From positions 26,040,001 through 26,104,000 of the forward strand of contig OZ116703.1 in the NCBI GenBank assembly GCA_964199315.1: a stretch of DNA of 64,000 nucleotides, written 5' to 3'. Below are positions 63,614-64,000 of the stretch, piece after piece. Position numbers and translations under genes: made by a program. Each line of letters begins with the position of its first letter. Position 1 is the stretch's first letter. The DNA is from Orbicella franksi. Lineage: Eukaryota. A model generated the notes under the pieces. The model made no database searches, was not told the DNA's origin, and was given only the letters and a program-made list of their open reading frames with translations.

Positions 63614-64000
63614 CTTAACAGAGACAATGGACAAAAACACATTACCAAAAAACAAACTAGTGAGAAACGAGCATAGGCATAGACTGAGGGAAATTACGGC
63701 AACAACGGATGAAATAATAATCGGTTTAATCAAACATTAGTGTCAACTGGTTCTCGAGCAATCAGGCCAGAGTGTTAAAAAGAGGTTTTGTCACGCGAGA
63801 AGATACTTCGACACATAACGGCAATGGAATGCGACATGCGACTTCAAAAACTATACAGGAGCAGTCGTAAGTACATACCTGTTTAAACTTATTACCCAGG
63901 GATTGGAACTCATTTACATTTAAGTAAAATATTTCAATGCAGTTAACTGCATGTTAACAAGAAGAACGCAAGTGTTTCTTAGGTCAGTACCATAGTCAGT

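Noticed and set aside
647-63740. Numerous plus-strand and off-frame ORFs of 60-230 aa overlapping exons (Pro/Ser/Thr-rich)
   Set aside because: They are antisense or frame-shifted shadows of Gly- and Cys-codon-rich exons (GGN read as NCC) and show no recognisable domains or independent splice structure.

Overview
This is eukaryotic (metazoan) genomic DNA. The intron style and abundant short palindromic transposon remnants suggest a cnidarian, probably a stony coral (inference). Essentially the whole window is the interior of one minus-strand gene. I traced 35 exons by hand, joined by 34 GT-AG introns whose phases all match. They total 43,357 coding nt, or at least 14,452 aa with no stop codon, and both the start and the end lie outside the window. 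The last exon (1..8601) is open to the window edge and is missing from the ORF track. Architecture, N to C: (1) about 8,700 aa made of about 21 tandem units of about 400 aa, each alternating Gly-run blocks (GAGHGG / YGS..P..GSGGG / GGGSGG / GGR[IV]) with beta-solenoid-like blocks, plus inserted modules including a discoidin/F5-8C-like domain; (2) about 1,760 aa of tenascin-type EGF repeats with a 128-aa higher-order period and a co-varying Cys pair implying inter-module disulfides; (3) one unassigned domain of about 140 aa; (4) six complete modules, plus the start of a seventh, of EGF-VWD-LamG/pentraxin-C8-like, with the LamG sitting between VWD and C8. Introns carry several MITEs (one nested), a LINE 3' fragment, a degenerate minisatellite and a 143-nt N gap. 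I saw no RNA genes, CRISPR arrays or prokaryotic features.
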